Shown piece by piece: positions 26,502 to 39,983 of a stretch of 64,000 bases of DNA (position 1 is its first letter; each line of letters starts with the position of its first letter). The translations under genes were made by a program, and so were the position numbers. The stretch spans positions 18,042,001 to 18,106,000 of the forward strand of contig OZ024755.1 in the NCBI GenBank assembly GCA_964016885.1, given 5' to 3'. The notes beneath the pieces are model-generated. The model did not search any database. It was not told where the DNA came from and saw only the letters and a program-made list of their open reading frames with translations. This stretch comes from Eledone cirrhosa (lineage: Eukaryota).

Positions 26502-27172
26502 CATAAATATATACATATATATACATAAATATATACATATATATACATAAATATATATACATATATATATAAATACATAAATATATATATATATATACAT
26601 AATATATATAAATATATACATAATATATATAAATATACATAATATATATATATATATACATAAATATATATATATATACACAATATATATATATATTCCC
26701 ATCTTGACGTTATAGTCGCATATATGTTATAGAATGCCGTTAGCTTCTTGCTAAAACAATCTCTATACCTCTCATTTACATAATATATATATATACATAA
26801 TATATATATATACATAAATATATATACATATATATACATAAATATATATATATACATAAAAATATATATATAAATACATATATATACATACATTTATATA
26901 TATATATATATACATACATAAATAAATAACTTGTGTATATTTATATATATACGCACATAGAAATATATGTAAATAATCTAGATAATTTTAACGATTTAAT
27001 TGCATTTTGTTTAAATTTTAGTGGAAAACAGCAAAAGCAAACAAATCTATCTTGTAAAGATAAGTGTACAACAATATTATCTATAAAGAATCTATAATAT
27101 ACATACATATATGTTTATATATATATATATATACATATATGTTTATATATATATATATATATATACATATAT

Positions 27173-27217
<45 letters not shown>

Positions 27218-27218
27218 T

Positions 27219-27271
<53 letters not shown>

Positions 27272-27345
27272 GGAAAAATTTGAACAGGAACAAAACAGAG
27301 AGGCAGTACAACGAATGTTTATTAATTTCACGCTTTGGAGGTGGG

Positions 27346-27380
27346 GAACGACGTTTCGGGCATAAGCCCTTCCTCAGGTG
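27346..27380 (-). ncRNA. Minimal Penelope-type hammerhead motif (family B variant)
   Basis: Minus strand CAC-CUGAGGA-A-GGGC(uuau)GCCC-GAAA-CG-UC-GUU, inside a ~250-bp unit flanked by (TA)n. Confidence 0.6.
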
Positions 27381-27701
27381 AGAAGTGTGTGGGAACAGAG
27401 TTCAAAGGGTGTGTAGGGGAGTGGTGGAGAGACATATAGCGAAAGGAAACGGTGCGAATGAAATTAAAAATAAAAGTAAAAATAGAACATGATCAAAATA
27501 CAAGGAATGAAATAAAATTAAATATATATACATATATATATACATACATATACATACATATATGTTTATATATATATATATATAAATATATGTTTATATA
27601 TATACATATATGTTTATATATATATATATTATATACATATATGTTTATATATATATATATATACATATATGTTTATATATATATATATATACACATATGT
27701 T

Positions 27702-27736
<35 letters not shown>

Positions 27737-28139
27737 TTATAAATAAATATATATATATATATATATATATTTATAAATATATATATATATATATATATAC
27801 ATATATTTATAAATATATATATATATATACATATATGTTTATACATACATATATGTTTATATATATATACATACATATATGTTTATATATATATATATAT
27901 ATATAGATAGATATAGATATATTGGCGTTGTATGTTGTATTTAATTTTTTTTTAATACAAAATCGTATGGATCTTTATTTTTTAAGTCTTTTCTGAAATA
28001 GGAAGTTTGTATTTTCAAATATTGATTCTTTAAATCGTTTATAATTCAATGAGACAAATATTTTGGTGCGTAGCTTCGTGGTTAGTGCGTTGAACTCTCG
28101 ATCATAAGGTCTTGAGTTTCATTTCCTGCTGATTTACAT

Positions 28140-28835
28140 GATAGGACTGGGCTCCCTGTTATTTAAACACCCAAGAAACCTCCCGTGTAATGCAATCTCA
28201 TATATAGGACTGGACTCCTCATTATTTAAAGATTCAAGAAATCTCCTATGTCATGCTACCTCGTATATAAGGCTAGACTCCCTATTATTTAAACATTCAA
28301 GAAACCTCCCGTATCATGTAACCTCGTATATAAGGTTAGACTCCCTATTATTTAAAGATTCAAGAAATCTCCTATGTCATGCAACCTCGTATATAAGGCT
28401 AGACTCCCTATTATTTAAACATTCAAAGAACATCCCGTCTCATGCAAGTTCATATATAAGGCTAGACTCCCTATTATTTAAACACTCAAGAAACCTCCCG
28501 TGTCATGCAACCTCGTATATAGGACTAGGCTCGCTATTATTTAAATGCCCAAGAAACCTCCTGCCTAATGCAACCTCGTAAATAAAGCTAGTCTGCCTAT
28601 TATTTAAACATTCAAGAAACCTACCGCGTAATACAATTTTGTATATAGAACTAGGCTCCCTATTATTTAAATAGCCAAGAAACTTCCTGTATAATGCAAC
28701 CTCGTATATAAGGCTAAACTCCATATTATTTAAACACTCAAGAAACCTCCTGTGTAATGCAATTTCATATAGAGGACTAGGCTCGCTATTATTTAAATAG
28801 CCAAGAAACCTCCTGTATAATGGAACCTCGTATGA
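28140..28835. repeat. 60-bp minisatellite, ~11-12 units
   Basis: Unit ~ gcaacctcgtatataaggctagactccctattatttaaacattcaagaaacctcccgtgtcat. Confidence 0.92.
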
Positions 28836-30404
28836 AGCCAACTAAACTTTATATAGGTGAGAGTTGTAAATTTCATTTCAAATATTTAGAAGACGCAGAC
28901 ATGACTTCACAATCGTGATGTTTCGAATTCAATCCCACTGCATGGCAATTGGGTAAAGTGCCAGCAGATAACCTTGGGTGTGAGTAAGATAACCTTGGGT
29001 GTCGGCCAAACTCTCGTCGTTGAAGTTTGAATAAACCAAAATTATTTGGAAACCAAGAGGATGGAGTGGAGCTATAATTCAAATGTCCAGCCTTCTTACA
29101 TATTATTTCACACTGAATCTCCCTGAGAATTACGTTAAGAGTACAAGTGTCTGCTTACACATCAATTCACCAGTTCAATATCGAATTCAACAAAGAATTG
29201 ATCAATATTTAGAAGAATTCTTTCATTTTATTGTTGTTGTCGGTGTTACTTATACAGAGTGGGATATAAATATCTGCGACATCAGAGCTCTTGTTATCCC
29301 CCCCCCTTTCTTTTTTCTATATTTCCCTATTCTTTCTTTCATTTTGTTTCCCAGCCTTTTTTGTTTCTTACTAAATTTTATTTCAAAAATAAACATCTAT
29401 ATGGATATAAAATATATAAGCACGATTGTAAAAGAAGGAAAGTATACAAAGCCATTTTATAAAAATATCTCCCACATTTTGAAGGAGTATAAAAAAAAAA
29501 AAGATGTGCGAGATCTTTATCTCTCACTCTGTATAACGTAAGTTAAAACTGAAGTTGATGAACTGAAAATCATCTAGCTACATACAAAGCTAGTGCTTGG
29601 GTATTTAGGGTCGTGGGGCTGGCTCTACAATAAGGGCTCCCTTTACCAGTTATCTAAGCTCTTCTCTCCCTCCCCAAAATATAATTTAGATTTACAGTTT
29701 GGGAAACCGACAGACCTAGATTTTGAAACTTGTTGAGTTCCTGAGCAAGACATTTCATTCCACGATCCTGCTATTGAAAGGACTTAAAGCATCTGTCATT
29801 AAAACACCGCAGAAACCTCCCCTAAAATCGAACCTCGTTGGAGGCCAGTTAAGACTGCGCCGATGGTGTGAGCTGTAAATTTCGTTATTGCATTACGTGA
29901 AAACGCAGGAGGGAGTGAGGGATCACTCACTCACTCACTGAGAAAGAGAAGATTCTCACAAAGAGGCGGAGAGCGGCAGATAAACAACTGCCAAAATAAA
30001 TCTTTATTCCATCTAGCAATGAAACACACACACACGATACCAATATAGATATGTTTCTTTATTTGCCACAGGGGCACAAAAGAAGGGGCCAAATACAAAG
30101 GGGGAAGTTTACATACAATAAAAACGTGTAAAATACTATCACAAATGCAATTGAAAAATTAATCGATTTTCCCCAATAGGGGGAGACATTACATATGGGT
30201 AACACATACCCCCGAAAAAATGTGCAACCCTCATCTCCAGGAGTATGAAGAGTGAGTACACGATACCAATATAGATAGAAAGGGAAATAAACGGAGAGTT
30301 AAAAGGAATGGTGAAGAGAAGGTTTGGGAGGCGATGAAGAAATAGGAAGGAAGAAATTATGCATTTTACAATTTCTTTGACGGCAGTTTTAATTAAAGAA
30401 CGAC

Positions 30405-31305
30405 CGCCGCCACCATCGCTACCCACACCACCCTCACCAATACCAACGGCACCATCATCACAACCACCATCTCTACCTGCACTAACCTCACCAACATCAC
30501 AATCGCCATCACCCTCACCAAAATCACCATCACAATCACCACCACCACCAAAATCACCACCATCAAAACCACCACCACCACCACCACAACCACCACCACC
30601 ACCACAACCACCACCACCATCATCATAGTATTAATTCTTACGTGGAGCCAACAGCCGTAGATTAATCAGCTTTTGTTTCGTTGTAATCCCATTATTTAAT
30701 GATAATTTCGCCAGGATAAACAAACCATTGTTGTTGTTGTTGTTTAGCGATGGTGGTGGTGGTGGTGATGATGATGATGTTGCTGGCGATGGTGATGTTG
30801 CTGTTACTGTTGTTGGTCTTGGTGGTGATGATGATGCTGTTGGTGGTGGTGGTGGTGGTGGTGGTGATGTTACTGTTGCTGGCGGTGTTGTTGTTGTTGG
30901 TGATGGTGGTAGTGATGTTATTGTTGGTGTTGGCGATGTTGCTGGTGATGGTGATGGTGGTAGTGATGTTGGCGATGTTGCTGTTGGTGGTGATGTTGGC
31001 GGTGATGATGTTGGCGGTGGTGATGTTGTTGGTGGTGATGTTGTTGGTGGTGATGTTGTTGGTGGTGATGATGATGATGTTACTGTTTTTGTTGTTGGCG
31101 ATGGTGGTGGTGGTGTTGGCAATGGTGGTGGTGGTGTTGGCCATGGTAGTGAAGTTATTACTGTTGTTGGCAATGGTGGTGGTGGTGTTGGCAATGGTGG
31201 TGGTGGTGTTGGCAATGGTGGTGGTGGTGTTGGCCATGGTAGTGATGCTATTACTGTTGTTGGCGATGGTGGTGGTGGTGTTGGCAATGGTAGCGATGGT
31301 GGTAT
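30405..31305. repeat. (CAC)n-rich tract followed by an oppositely oriented (GGT/GTT/GAT)n tract
   Basis: 30405-30627 is CCA-rich and 30730-31303 is GGT-rich. Confidence 0.9.
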
Positions 31306-32364
31306 GCCCAGAAACAGACCGGATCTTAAAACCGGACAACACTAACAGACCAGAAACCTGTTTTCATGGCTCAGCTGAGGCTCGTTTCATTTCATAGCAG
31401 CTATGACTTCAGTTTTTAGTTTCTCGTAACAATTATTTTACCCGTCGGCCAGTCTGCCCTTGGGACCATCTATACAATAATAAATTGCTATTACGATGGC
31501 AATATATAAATATTTGTTTCTACTTTAGGCACAAGGCCAGCAATTACCCAGTTCATTACTGGTACTTTATTTTATCGACCCCGTAAGGATGAAAGGCAAA
31601 GTCAACCTCAGATCGTAAAGGGACGTAACTATGCTGGAAAGCATGGCGTCCGACCCTCTACCGATACTGTGTCGTTGTATAAATAGACGAATGCTTGATA
31701 TGCTCTCATATGTTTGAAAGCTCATTGATCGAGTGACATCCGGTTTGACTTCATACTAGTAATATGCTATGGTTTATTCAATAGGCTACACCAAGAAGGA
31801 TCCCAACTCGGGTTCCGTATCAACAATTAAATGGTTCCGTGACGGCATGGCCGATTTCAAGCGTACTTATTACTAGCATTGGGTGGTGAAACCGTTTTAG
31901 CGTCCATAATGTTACATACATCTGTTGAATAAGAAAACGTTAAGAAAACCCTGGGGTTACACCCTTCCCTATCCTTAGGCTTTGTGTCTAATCAAACTAG
32001 ATAAATATTAACATTTTGTATTGATACACAACCAAATGAGGAATATAAACGATTGATTCAACCTCTTTAAATCCCCGGTATTTATTCTATATTCCCAAAT
32101 TGGTTCATAGAATAAGTATCGGCCATTTAACGGACTCGGTTCATTCATTTATTCAAATAAAGAGCAATGATAACGTTAATGGTTAGAATAATAACAATCT
32201 AAATTAATCATTTCATTATTGGCCAAAAATGGCCTATATATATATATATATATATACGTGTGTATGTATGTATGTAATTAAAAAGTAAACAGAAATAACA
32301 AAGTAAACGACACAGTACAATGAAGAAAGATAGTAGTTTAACGATAGAAATAGCAGGAAAAGAG

Positions 32365-32400
32365 TTTTGACGTTTCGGACACTGGTCCTTCATCAGAAGA
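32365..32400 (-). ncRNA. Minimal Penelope-type hammerhead motif (family B)
   Basis: Minus strand UCUU-CUGAUGA-A-GGAC(cagu)GUCC-GAAA-CG-UC-AAAA. Confidence 0.65.
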
Positions 32401-32506
32401 TCGAGTTAGAAACAGAAGAGGAAGGAACATGGAAAAATTGAGAAAAAATGGTGAGAAAAAACACGCTTGCTTGTTCAGTCAGCCATTTTGGAAACTATAT
32501 ATATAT

Positions 32507-33390
32507 ATATATGAAAAACATGGGGAGAAGAATACTGCATGGTTGCACATGGAATACATATTATAAAATTAGTCCCTCATCAGTGATTTGCCAACGATCA
32601 TCGGTATTTCATCGCATTAAAAATCATATACCTCAGGTTGGTGCGAGCAATAACTAAAATAAGCTATTGGGACAAGTGAAACGCGTAAAGCGAGTGAGAC
32701 AAGTAAACAACATAGGAGGAAAAGCTAACCGAAGATGGGAAGAAAAACAAGCAACATGGTTATCGGATCAGCATAAGCTGGGTGAATATCATGAGCGCTC
32801 AGGAAACAGACCTTTCGCTGTGAAGGGGATGTGAGAAAGAAAGAATCCCTCTCCTAGCGAACGGGAGGAAGTGAGAAGGGGAGAAACAGAGAGTGAATGA
32901 GTGGAAGTGCGAGGAGGAGGTCAGTCGAGAGAAAGTGTTAACTGACAGAGGGGACGAAAGAAGGTAAGAGAAACAGAGAGAACAGGGGAGCAGTAAGAGA
33001 AACAGAGAGAACAGGGGAGCAGTAAGAGAAACAGATAATCGCAGTTTAGGTAAATATATGAAAAATATGGGGAGAAGAATACTGCATGGTTGCACATGGA
33101 ATACATATTATAAAATTAGTCCCTCATCAGTGATTTGCCAACGATCATTGGTATTTCATCGCATTAAAAATCATATACCTCAGGTTAGTGCGAGCAATAA
33201 CTAAAATAAGCTATTGGGACAAGTGGAACGCGTAAAGCGAGTGGGACAAGTGGAACGCGTAAAGCGAGTGAGACAAGTAAACAGCATAGGAGGAAAAGCT
33301 AACTGAAGATGGGAAGAAAAACAAGCAACATGGTTATCGGATCAGCATAAGCTGGGTGAATATCATGAGCGCTCAGGAAACAGACCTTTC
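32507..33390. repeat. ~300-bp direct duplication (32507-32815 and 33054-33390)
   Basis: Near-identical copies ending in ...gagcgctcaggaaacagacctttc, adjacent to the 32365 hammerhead motif. Confidence 0.85.
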
Positions 33391-34225
33391 ATATACTACA
33401 CTTGCAATTGAAACAGTTACAGTCTATGTGGAGATGTACATAAATATATATGTGTGTGTGTGTGTCTGAGTCATTGTATGTGTCTACGTGTGTCTGTATT
33501 TGTGTGAGTGTCTTTCTCTGTCAGTGTGTGTCTGTGTGCTTCTCTGTATGTGTCTGTCTGTGTGCTTCTCTGTCTATGTCTGTATCTGTGTGTGTGTGTG
33601 TCGGTGTGTGTGTGTACATCTGTGTGTCTCTAGTTGGCATTGGTGGTAGCATCGATCCTAACTAAGAATAATTTAAAAGAAATAAAATGAAGTGAAATTT
33701 TTAATATTCAGTCTTTCCACATTCCAAAATTTAAAATAACCCAAGGCAAAAATATTTTATACTACGTTATGATATATTAGCTTTAACCGACTTTCAAAAT
33801 AATGTATAGTGTTAGGAACAACAAAGGAACCTCATTAATAGAATCAGTAATAAGCTCCAAATATGGGAAGGGAGATTCTAGCAAATGCCTCAGTCAGTGT
33901 TTTACGCCATTGTTTGTCTTCATATTATCTCGTCAACATTGTCACATCAAATAACCTTTAGAGTTACCCGGGAATATTCTTGAATTCTTTCTCGAAAAAA
34001 AAAAAGCAATAAAAGCATCATACACACACACATACATGTACACATGGACGGACACACCCACAGACAAACACACACACCGACACACTAACGTGGTCTGGTC
34101 TAACGGCATAAGGTTGATAAGTGGTTCGACTCCCGCAGACGGTCCTGTTCATCACCCCCACCCCCCATCTTAAGCCGCGTTTATTCTAATTCTAAATGTA
34201 AAATGCATGCATGTATATATGTGAA

Positions 34226-34555
34226 GGCGCGTGGCTTTGTGGTTAGGCTATTCGGCTCACAATCGTAAGGCTGTGAGTTCTATTCCCGGCGATGCGTTGT
34301 GTCCTTGAGCAAGACACTTTATTTCACGTTGCTCCAATCCACTAAATTGTCAAAAATGAGTTGTACCTGTAGTTCGAATTCAAATGGCCAGCCTTGTCAC
34401 ATTCTGTGTCACACTGAATCTCCCCGAGAACTACATTAAGTGTACGCGTGTCTGTGGAATGCTCAGCCACTTGCACGTTAATTTCACGAGCAGGCTGTTC
34501 TGTTGATCGAATCAACTGGAACACTCGTCGTCGTAACCGACTGAGTGTCTTCCGT
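34226..34555 (+). mobile_element. tRNA-derived SINE family 2 (CORE-like body)
   Basis: tRNA-like head ggcgcgtggctttgtggttagg...gagttctattccc followed by tgtgtccttgagcaagacacttt. Related fragments at ~730-860, 28066-28130, 28900-29160, 54750-54830 and 62200-62340(-). Confidence 0.75.
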
Positions 34556-34688
34556 GCATGCATGTAAGTATGTATGTTTATTGACTATACCAGTCATTGA
34601 CACGAGCAACGCAGTTCATTGAACTCCAATAACAACAGATAAGATCAATTATTCGACAATAGTATGCACCTTTCTGGATTTTATAACC

Positions 34689-35680
34689 AACTAGCAGTGG
34701 TACCCGGGATAAGGTATTTTGGAAGGCGGGCCGCCAACAGACCTAATCATGGAAAAACTGCATGCCTGGACAATATGTAAAGAAAATAAACCGAATACTC
34801 TGATGGCTAGATAATCTTTAAGATTTTACTCGATGAAGCAGGAAAAATGCAGGTTTTCACCTAATGCGAGCCCTAGGGGATCAAGAAAATGAATTTTCTT
34901 TTATGTGCATCATATGCCTTGAAATTTCGGGAAAATAGGCTAGACGTAAGGCCTCAAAAAATCCCTAAAAAGCTGAAAAAATGAAGTTTTTCACCTAATG
35001 CGGGCCCTAGGCCATAAACAAGTTGGATTTTCTTTGCTCACGGTATGAAAAAGAGACTGACTAATACATAGTTACAATTTCAAGGAAATCGGTCTGACGT
35101 AACGCCTCAAAAAAACCCCCTAAAAACCTGAAAAAACGCAGTTTTTCACCTAATGCGGGCCCTAGGGGAGCAAAAAGTTGAATTTTTTATGTGCATAACA
35201 CTCTTTGAAACATAAATAATACACATGGAAAGTTTGAAAAAAGTGGGTTGGGTATTCAAACTCACACACATCCTCAGGGAAGTTACGTAATGCAGACAGT
35301 CAGACATACAGACAGATATTATAATTGTCTCTACTTTAGGCACAAGGCCAGCAATTACCCAGTGCATTACTGGTACTTTATTCTATCGACCCCGTAAGGA
35401 TGAAAGGCAAAGTCAACCTCGGCAGGATTTGAACTCAGATCGTAAATGACGCGACGTTATATGTGTGCATCTATCTATCTAAGAATTATAGAGAGAGATC
35501 GCTAAATCGCCTAATGCGGTTCCTAGGGCATTGAAAATTTGAAATTTCTTTTGCTCAGAACACTCCCTGAAACATAAGTATTACATGTGTAAAGTTTGAA
35601 AACAGTCGGTTGGGTGTTTCTTGAGTTTTAGGGATTCAAACTCACACAAACAGACATCCTCAGTTTTATATATATATAGA
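34689..35680 (+). mobile_element. Helitron/Helentron-associated non-autonomous element (DINE-1/HINE-like) with internal tandem repeats and a nested SINE
   Basis: Starts aactagcagtggtacccg and ends acagacatcctcagttttatatatatagat. Four copies of a cctaatgcg...ctagg-containing unit. SINE at 35320-35447. Confidence 0.5.
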
Positions 35681-36474
35681 TAATACATTTTGGTACGATG
35701 TACATAACCCATTATTTTCGCCGAGGTTAACTTTGCCTTTCATCCTTACGGGGTCGATAAAATAAAGTACCAGTAATGCACTGGATAATTGATGGCCTTG
35801 TGCCAAAAGTAGAAACAATTATTTTCAACATGTTGACGCATATGTGTATGTGCGCGTGTGTATATGTAGATTGCATACACAAGTGAAGTGAATGTTAGAC
35901 GCTTTTTTTCTGTAGTTTCTCATCATCCCTTCCTTCCCCCAGTCATCTCTAGTATGTGATGGAAGGACGGAAGTCGCTCAAATTTATATATAGATTGATA
36001 AATCTCATTTGGTCACATCACATTCCATGAGAATATTTTGGTCAGCACTTGAACCTTTCAGCTGACCCTCGTACTACTCTCTCCACCAACAACGGGTGAA
36101 AAATAAAATAGAAACATAGAAATATTTTATTTTTATTTGGTTTAACATACAGAACAAGAAAGCAGTATTGGAAAGGACTATAAATGCTATAAATAATAAG
36201 AAAAGGAGGGGAAGTGCAAGGACTACTAGACAAAAGAAGAAAGAAAGGGGGAATTGGAGAGGGTGACAAACTCTACACCTAGGTCAGACTGGTGTTTCGG
36301 TTGCACCCTGTGGACAAAATGGCAAAAGCATTTCCGCGGACAATAGAAACTATTTTTGAAGACAGTAAAAAAAACGTAAAGAATTCTTGAATTAAACTAA
36401 TGATCCTCAAAGAAGAATTGAGTTCAATCAATGAGAAACTCGGTTTTCAGAAAAGAATAGTTGAAAGAAGATAT

Positions 36475-36934
36475 GACACTGGTTTGTTTTTGTCTGTCAG
36501 CAAGCGGTGAACCCCGCCTACAGTTCCTCCCGTCATTTATATCCGTAAAGTGACTAAAGATTAAAACAAATGTAATATATTTACGGTTAGGGTTAGTTGT
36601 TAGGGTTAGTGGTTAGTTGTTAGGGTTAGGGTTAGTTTTTAGGGTTAGTGGTTAGTTGTTAGGGTTAGTGGTTAGGGTTTGTTTTTAGGGTTAGTTGTTA
36701 GGGTTAGTTTTTTGGGTTAGTTGTTAGGGTTAGGGTTAGTGGTTAGTTGTTAGGGTTAGTGGTTAGGGTTAGTTGTTAGGGTTAGTGGTTAGGGTTAGTT
36801 GTTAGCTTTTAGGGTTAGGGTTGAGCTAAACATACAGAGAAGAAAAATATTGTGATTTCACTTTACGGATATAAACGACGGGAGGAACTGAGACGCAAAC
36901 TTTCACTTTTGACAGACAAAAAGAAACCAGTGCC
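36475..36934. mobile_element. MITE with ~80-bp TIRs and internal degenerate (TTAGGG)n; possibly Merlin superfamily
   Basis: TIRs gacactggtttg...atccgtaaagtga / tcactttacggat...aaaccagtgcc and 8-bp TSD gaagatat (36467-36474, 36935-36942). ggttag repeats at 36585-36823. Superfamily inferred from GGCA-type end and 8-bp TSD. Confidence 0.85.
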
Positions 36935-37659
36935 GAAGATATATTAACAAAAAACTTCAATTTATAAAGATATGAGGGAGGAAATTAATAAACTTTATTA
37001 AGGCTCACCAATAAAGACATAGATTCATTCTGGAGAAAAATATGGGTTGTGTACACGTGTATATAATGTGTACATATAACTCAAAACATATAGATCCACA
37101 CATGCTATAACATCCATGTCTTTACACACAAAGAATACATGCAGACATGCACACGTATTTATCTAGTTCAAAGGTTCTCAACGGGGGGGGGGGGCATATG
37201 CACCCCCAGGGGGCGTTTCGGAACTCCAGGGGGGCGTTTGGGAGCAAGGGGCATTAGGGGGGGCGTTTGGAGCTTTGGGGGCACTGGAAGACTCTTTACT
37301 TTGGTAAGTTTTATGAGCCATATTTGTATGTCTTTGAGACAGCCTGTGTGAATGCATTTGAATGAGCATGCAGACAGCATAACTATGGTCTGACCGCAGC
37401 TGTGAGCAGGCGTGTAGGTGTGTTTAGACATTAACCGTCAATTGAGATCCTAAAAATGGAAAAACCCACAGTCAACTGGGTCAATGAAATTCAAGTGCAG
37501 CCAATTAGAATCTTGTCTATCCATCACTGATAACAATGTATTTCATGTCTGAAATTATTGACTCAACCGTAACAAGTTAACACTATGTAGATCTATTTTA
37601 TAAATAATATTACAAATAAAAAAAACAAAAAAAAAACAAAAAAAAACACAGAAACGCGT

Positions 37660-38060
37660 AGCACATACAACACATAATCAGATAATACACACATCTAGGA
37701 CCACATACAACACATAAGCAGGTAATACACACATCTAGGACCACATACAACACATAAGCAGGTAATACACACATCTAGGACCACATACAACACATAAGCA
37801 GGTAATACGCACACATCTAAGACCACATGCAACACATAAGGAGGTAGCACACACATCTAGGACCACATACAACACACAGGCAGGTAATACATACATTTAG
37901 GACCACATTCAACACTTAAGCAGGTAATACAAACATCTAGGACCACATACAACACATAATCAGGTAATACATACATCTAGGACCACATGCAATACATAAG
38001 CAGGTAATACATACATCTAGGACTACCTACAACACACATCTAGGACCAAATACAACACAC
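37660..38060. repeat. 40-bp minisatellite inside the hAT element
   Basis: Unit ctaggaccacatacaacacataagcaggtaatacacacat, ~9-10 copies. Confidence 0.92.
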
Positions 38061-38069
38061 ATTGTATCA

Positions 38070-39983
38070 TGTGCTACAGACGACGTAAGAGCAATGGTTG
38101 GCCAACATAAGGGTTTCGTCACTCTTCTGAAGAGAGGAAATCTATCTGTATTTGTTGTTCATTGTGTCATTCGTCGACAACACTTGGCTGCGAAGCCACT
38201 GAGCAAGTCCTTGCAGTCATCAATTTTATCAAACGGCATTCCCTCAATGAACAAATTTTCCGGCAACTGTGCCAAGATAATGACGAAGTACGTGCAGAGG
38301 ACCTGCGCAGACTGGAAAGGAACGAAGCATGCATGCTCCGTTGGATGTGTAATAGTAATATACGTGAACGGCAAAGCATGAATGAATTGAGAGAGAAACT
38401 GGGCATAAGAGGAATCAAATGCTGTGTGCAGGAGAGGAGGTTGCATATGTAATAGTAATATACGTGAACAGCAAAGCATAAATGAACTAAGTGAGAAATT
38501 AGGAATAAGAGGGATCAGATGCTTTTACTTGAGAGAAGACTACGTTGGTATGGCCACGTGATGCGCATGAAAGACGACAGCTGTATAAAAAATTGCAGGG
38601 CGATCAAAATTGATGGTAGTTACAGAGTAGGTAGACCCAGAAAAACCTGGGACGATCTGATAAATTCCGACCTTACACACTTGTACCTCTCTAAGACAAT
38701 GTCACTGGACCGAGATCTTTGGCGCTACGCAGTAATACAGAAGACCCGCCTTGCCTATGTACAAAGCGAAACCTACAGTCAGTAGGTGCCTCTTAACCAA
38801 ATATACACCCAATCCACTACCCCTACCCTATCCTCCCACCAACACCACCCTCTCTCTGTAACGTTGGTACCACAACATCCAGTCCAAATAAATGAGATAA
38901 TGAGATCAAGATCGTGTAGGTGTCACGACAAAAAAAAACAAAAAAAAAACACAGTCCATGCTGTAATGTGGCCGTGTAGGTAACATGGTAAAAAGTTCCC
39001 AGTTCCACACTGTAAATGGGGTTGGTGTTAGGAAGGGCATCCAGCCGTAGAAAACCTGCCAGATAGTCCTATATGAGCGAGACAAGGTCACCCGACCTAA
39101 CTTGCTTCAAGTGGGACAACTCCCGTCTAACCCATGCTAACGTGGAAGATGGACGTTAAACGAAGATGATGATGATGATGATGAATTCGTCAAGTTGCTC
39201 CTTCATAATGAAGTGAGGTGGCTTTCAAAGGGCAAGTGCCTTACTCACTTCTTTGAACTGTTCGACTCTATCATTGAGTTTCTGCGCGGACGCAACACAG
39301 AACTGTACAAGAAAACCCTCGATGTGAGGCAAAACTGAGCCTACCTCACCGACATCTTCGACAAATTCAATAGTGTCATTTTGGCTTTGCAGGGGAAGAA
39401 GATCACCTTGCTTCAAGCAAGGAATGTTGTCAAAACATTCCTGGCCAAATTGAATGTCATTGAAAGGAATCTTTGTTGACGGGAATTCTATAATTTTCCT
39501 AGCGTCGCCAATGTTCAAAACATTGTAAGCGATGACCAACTCCAAATTTATACCGCTCACCTCCGTGCGCTACAAGACAGCATGAGAGAACGGTTTGTCA
39601 AGCTTTTGCCAATGTGGATAGCAGATCCCTTCACAGCTAACGTCGATGATTTGGACGTTATATTTCAGGAAGAATTCATTGAACTTCAAGCAGATGACAT
39701 GATCAAAATTAGATTTCCCAAAATAGGTGAACCCCTTTTTTGGATGCAAGAGGAAATTCAGCGTCGATTTCCACACCTACATGCAGAGGCAAAGAGATTT
39801 GCTCTGCCTTTTCCAAGCTCATACTTAGTCAAGAGGAGGTTTGGTGCTGTTTCCAGACTGCACAGTAAGGCTCGCAACCGCTACAATGTAATTACACGTG
39901 GAGATCTCCGGCTACATCTAACAAAAATCCAGCCTGACGTCAAAGAGTTAGCTAGACTCCATAAAGTTCAAGGGTCCCATTGA
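38070..39983 (+). pseudogene. Disrupted hAT transposase (SCAND3/ZBED8/GTF2IRD2-like family)
   Basis: ORF fragments at 38094, 38162 and 39582 plus the 39183-39330 frame. Disrupted by stops, frameshifts and a LINE insertion. Confidence 0.85.
38296..39182 (+). mobile_element. RTE LINE 3' fragment nested in a hAT transposase
   Basis: LERNEACMLRWMC and RRLRWYGHVMRM peptides, internal ~100-bp duplication, (GAT)n tail. Interrupts the transposase reading at ...QDNDE / EFVKLLLH. Confidence 0.88.

Noticed and set aside
28138-28581. 20-aa repeat ORF superficially like an LRR protein
   Set aside because: 60-bp minisatellite with stops in later units and no exon signals.
30359-31397. Pro/Thr/Gly/Val-rich mucin- or extensin-like ORFs
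   Set aside because: Open in several frames on both strands of trinucleotide repeats, with no convincing splice or gene context.
34085-34145. B-box (ggttcgactcc) suggesting a tRNA gene; likewise the SINE heads
   Set aside because: No complete cloverleaf or acceptor stem; better explained as SINE head remnants.
36585-36823. Chromosome-end or fusion telomere
   Set aside because: Degenerate, single orientation, and enclosed by TIRs with a TSD.
39582-39983. Domesticated SCAND3/ZBED-type host gene
   Set aside because: Lies within intact TIRs and a TSD, and is disrupted by stops, frameshifts and a LINE.
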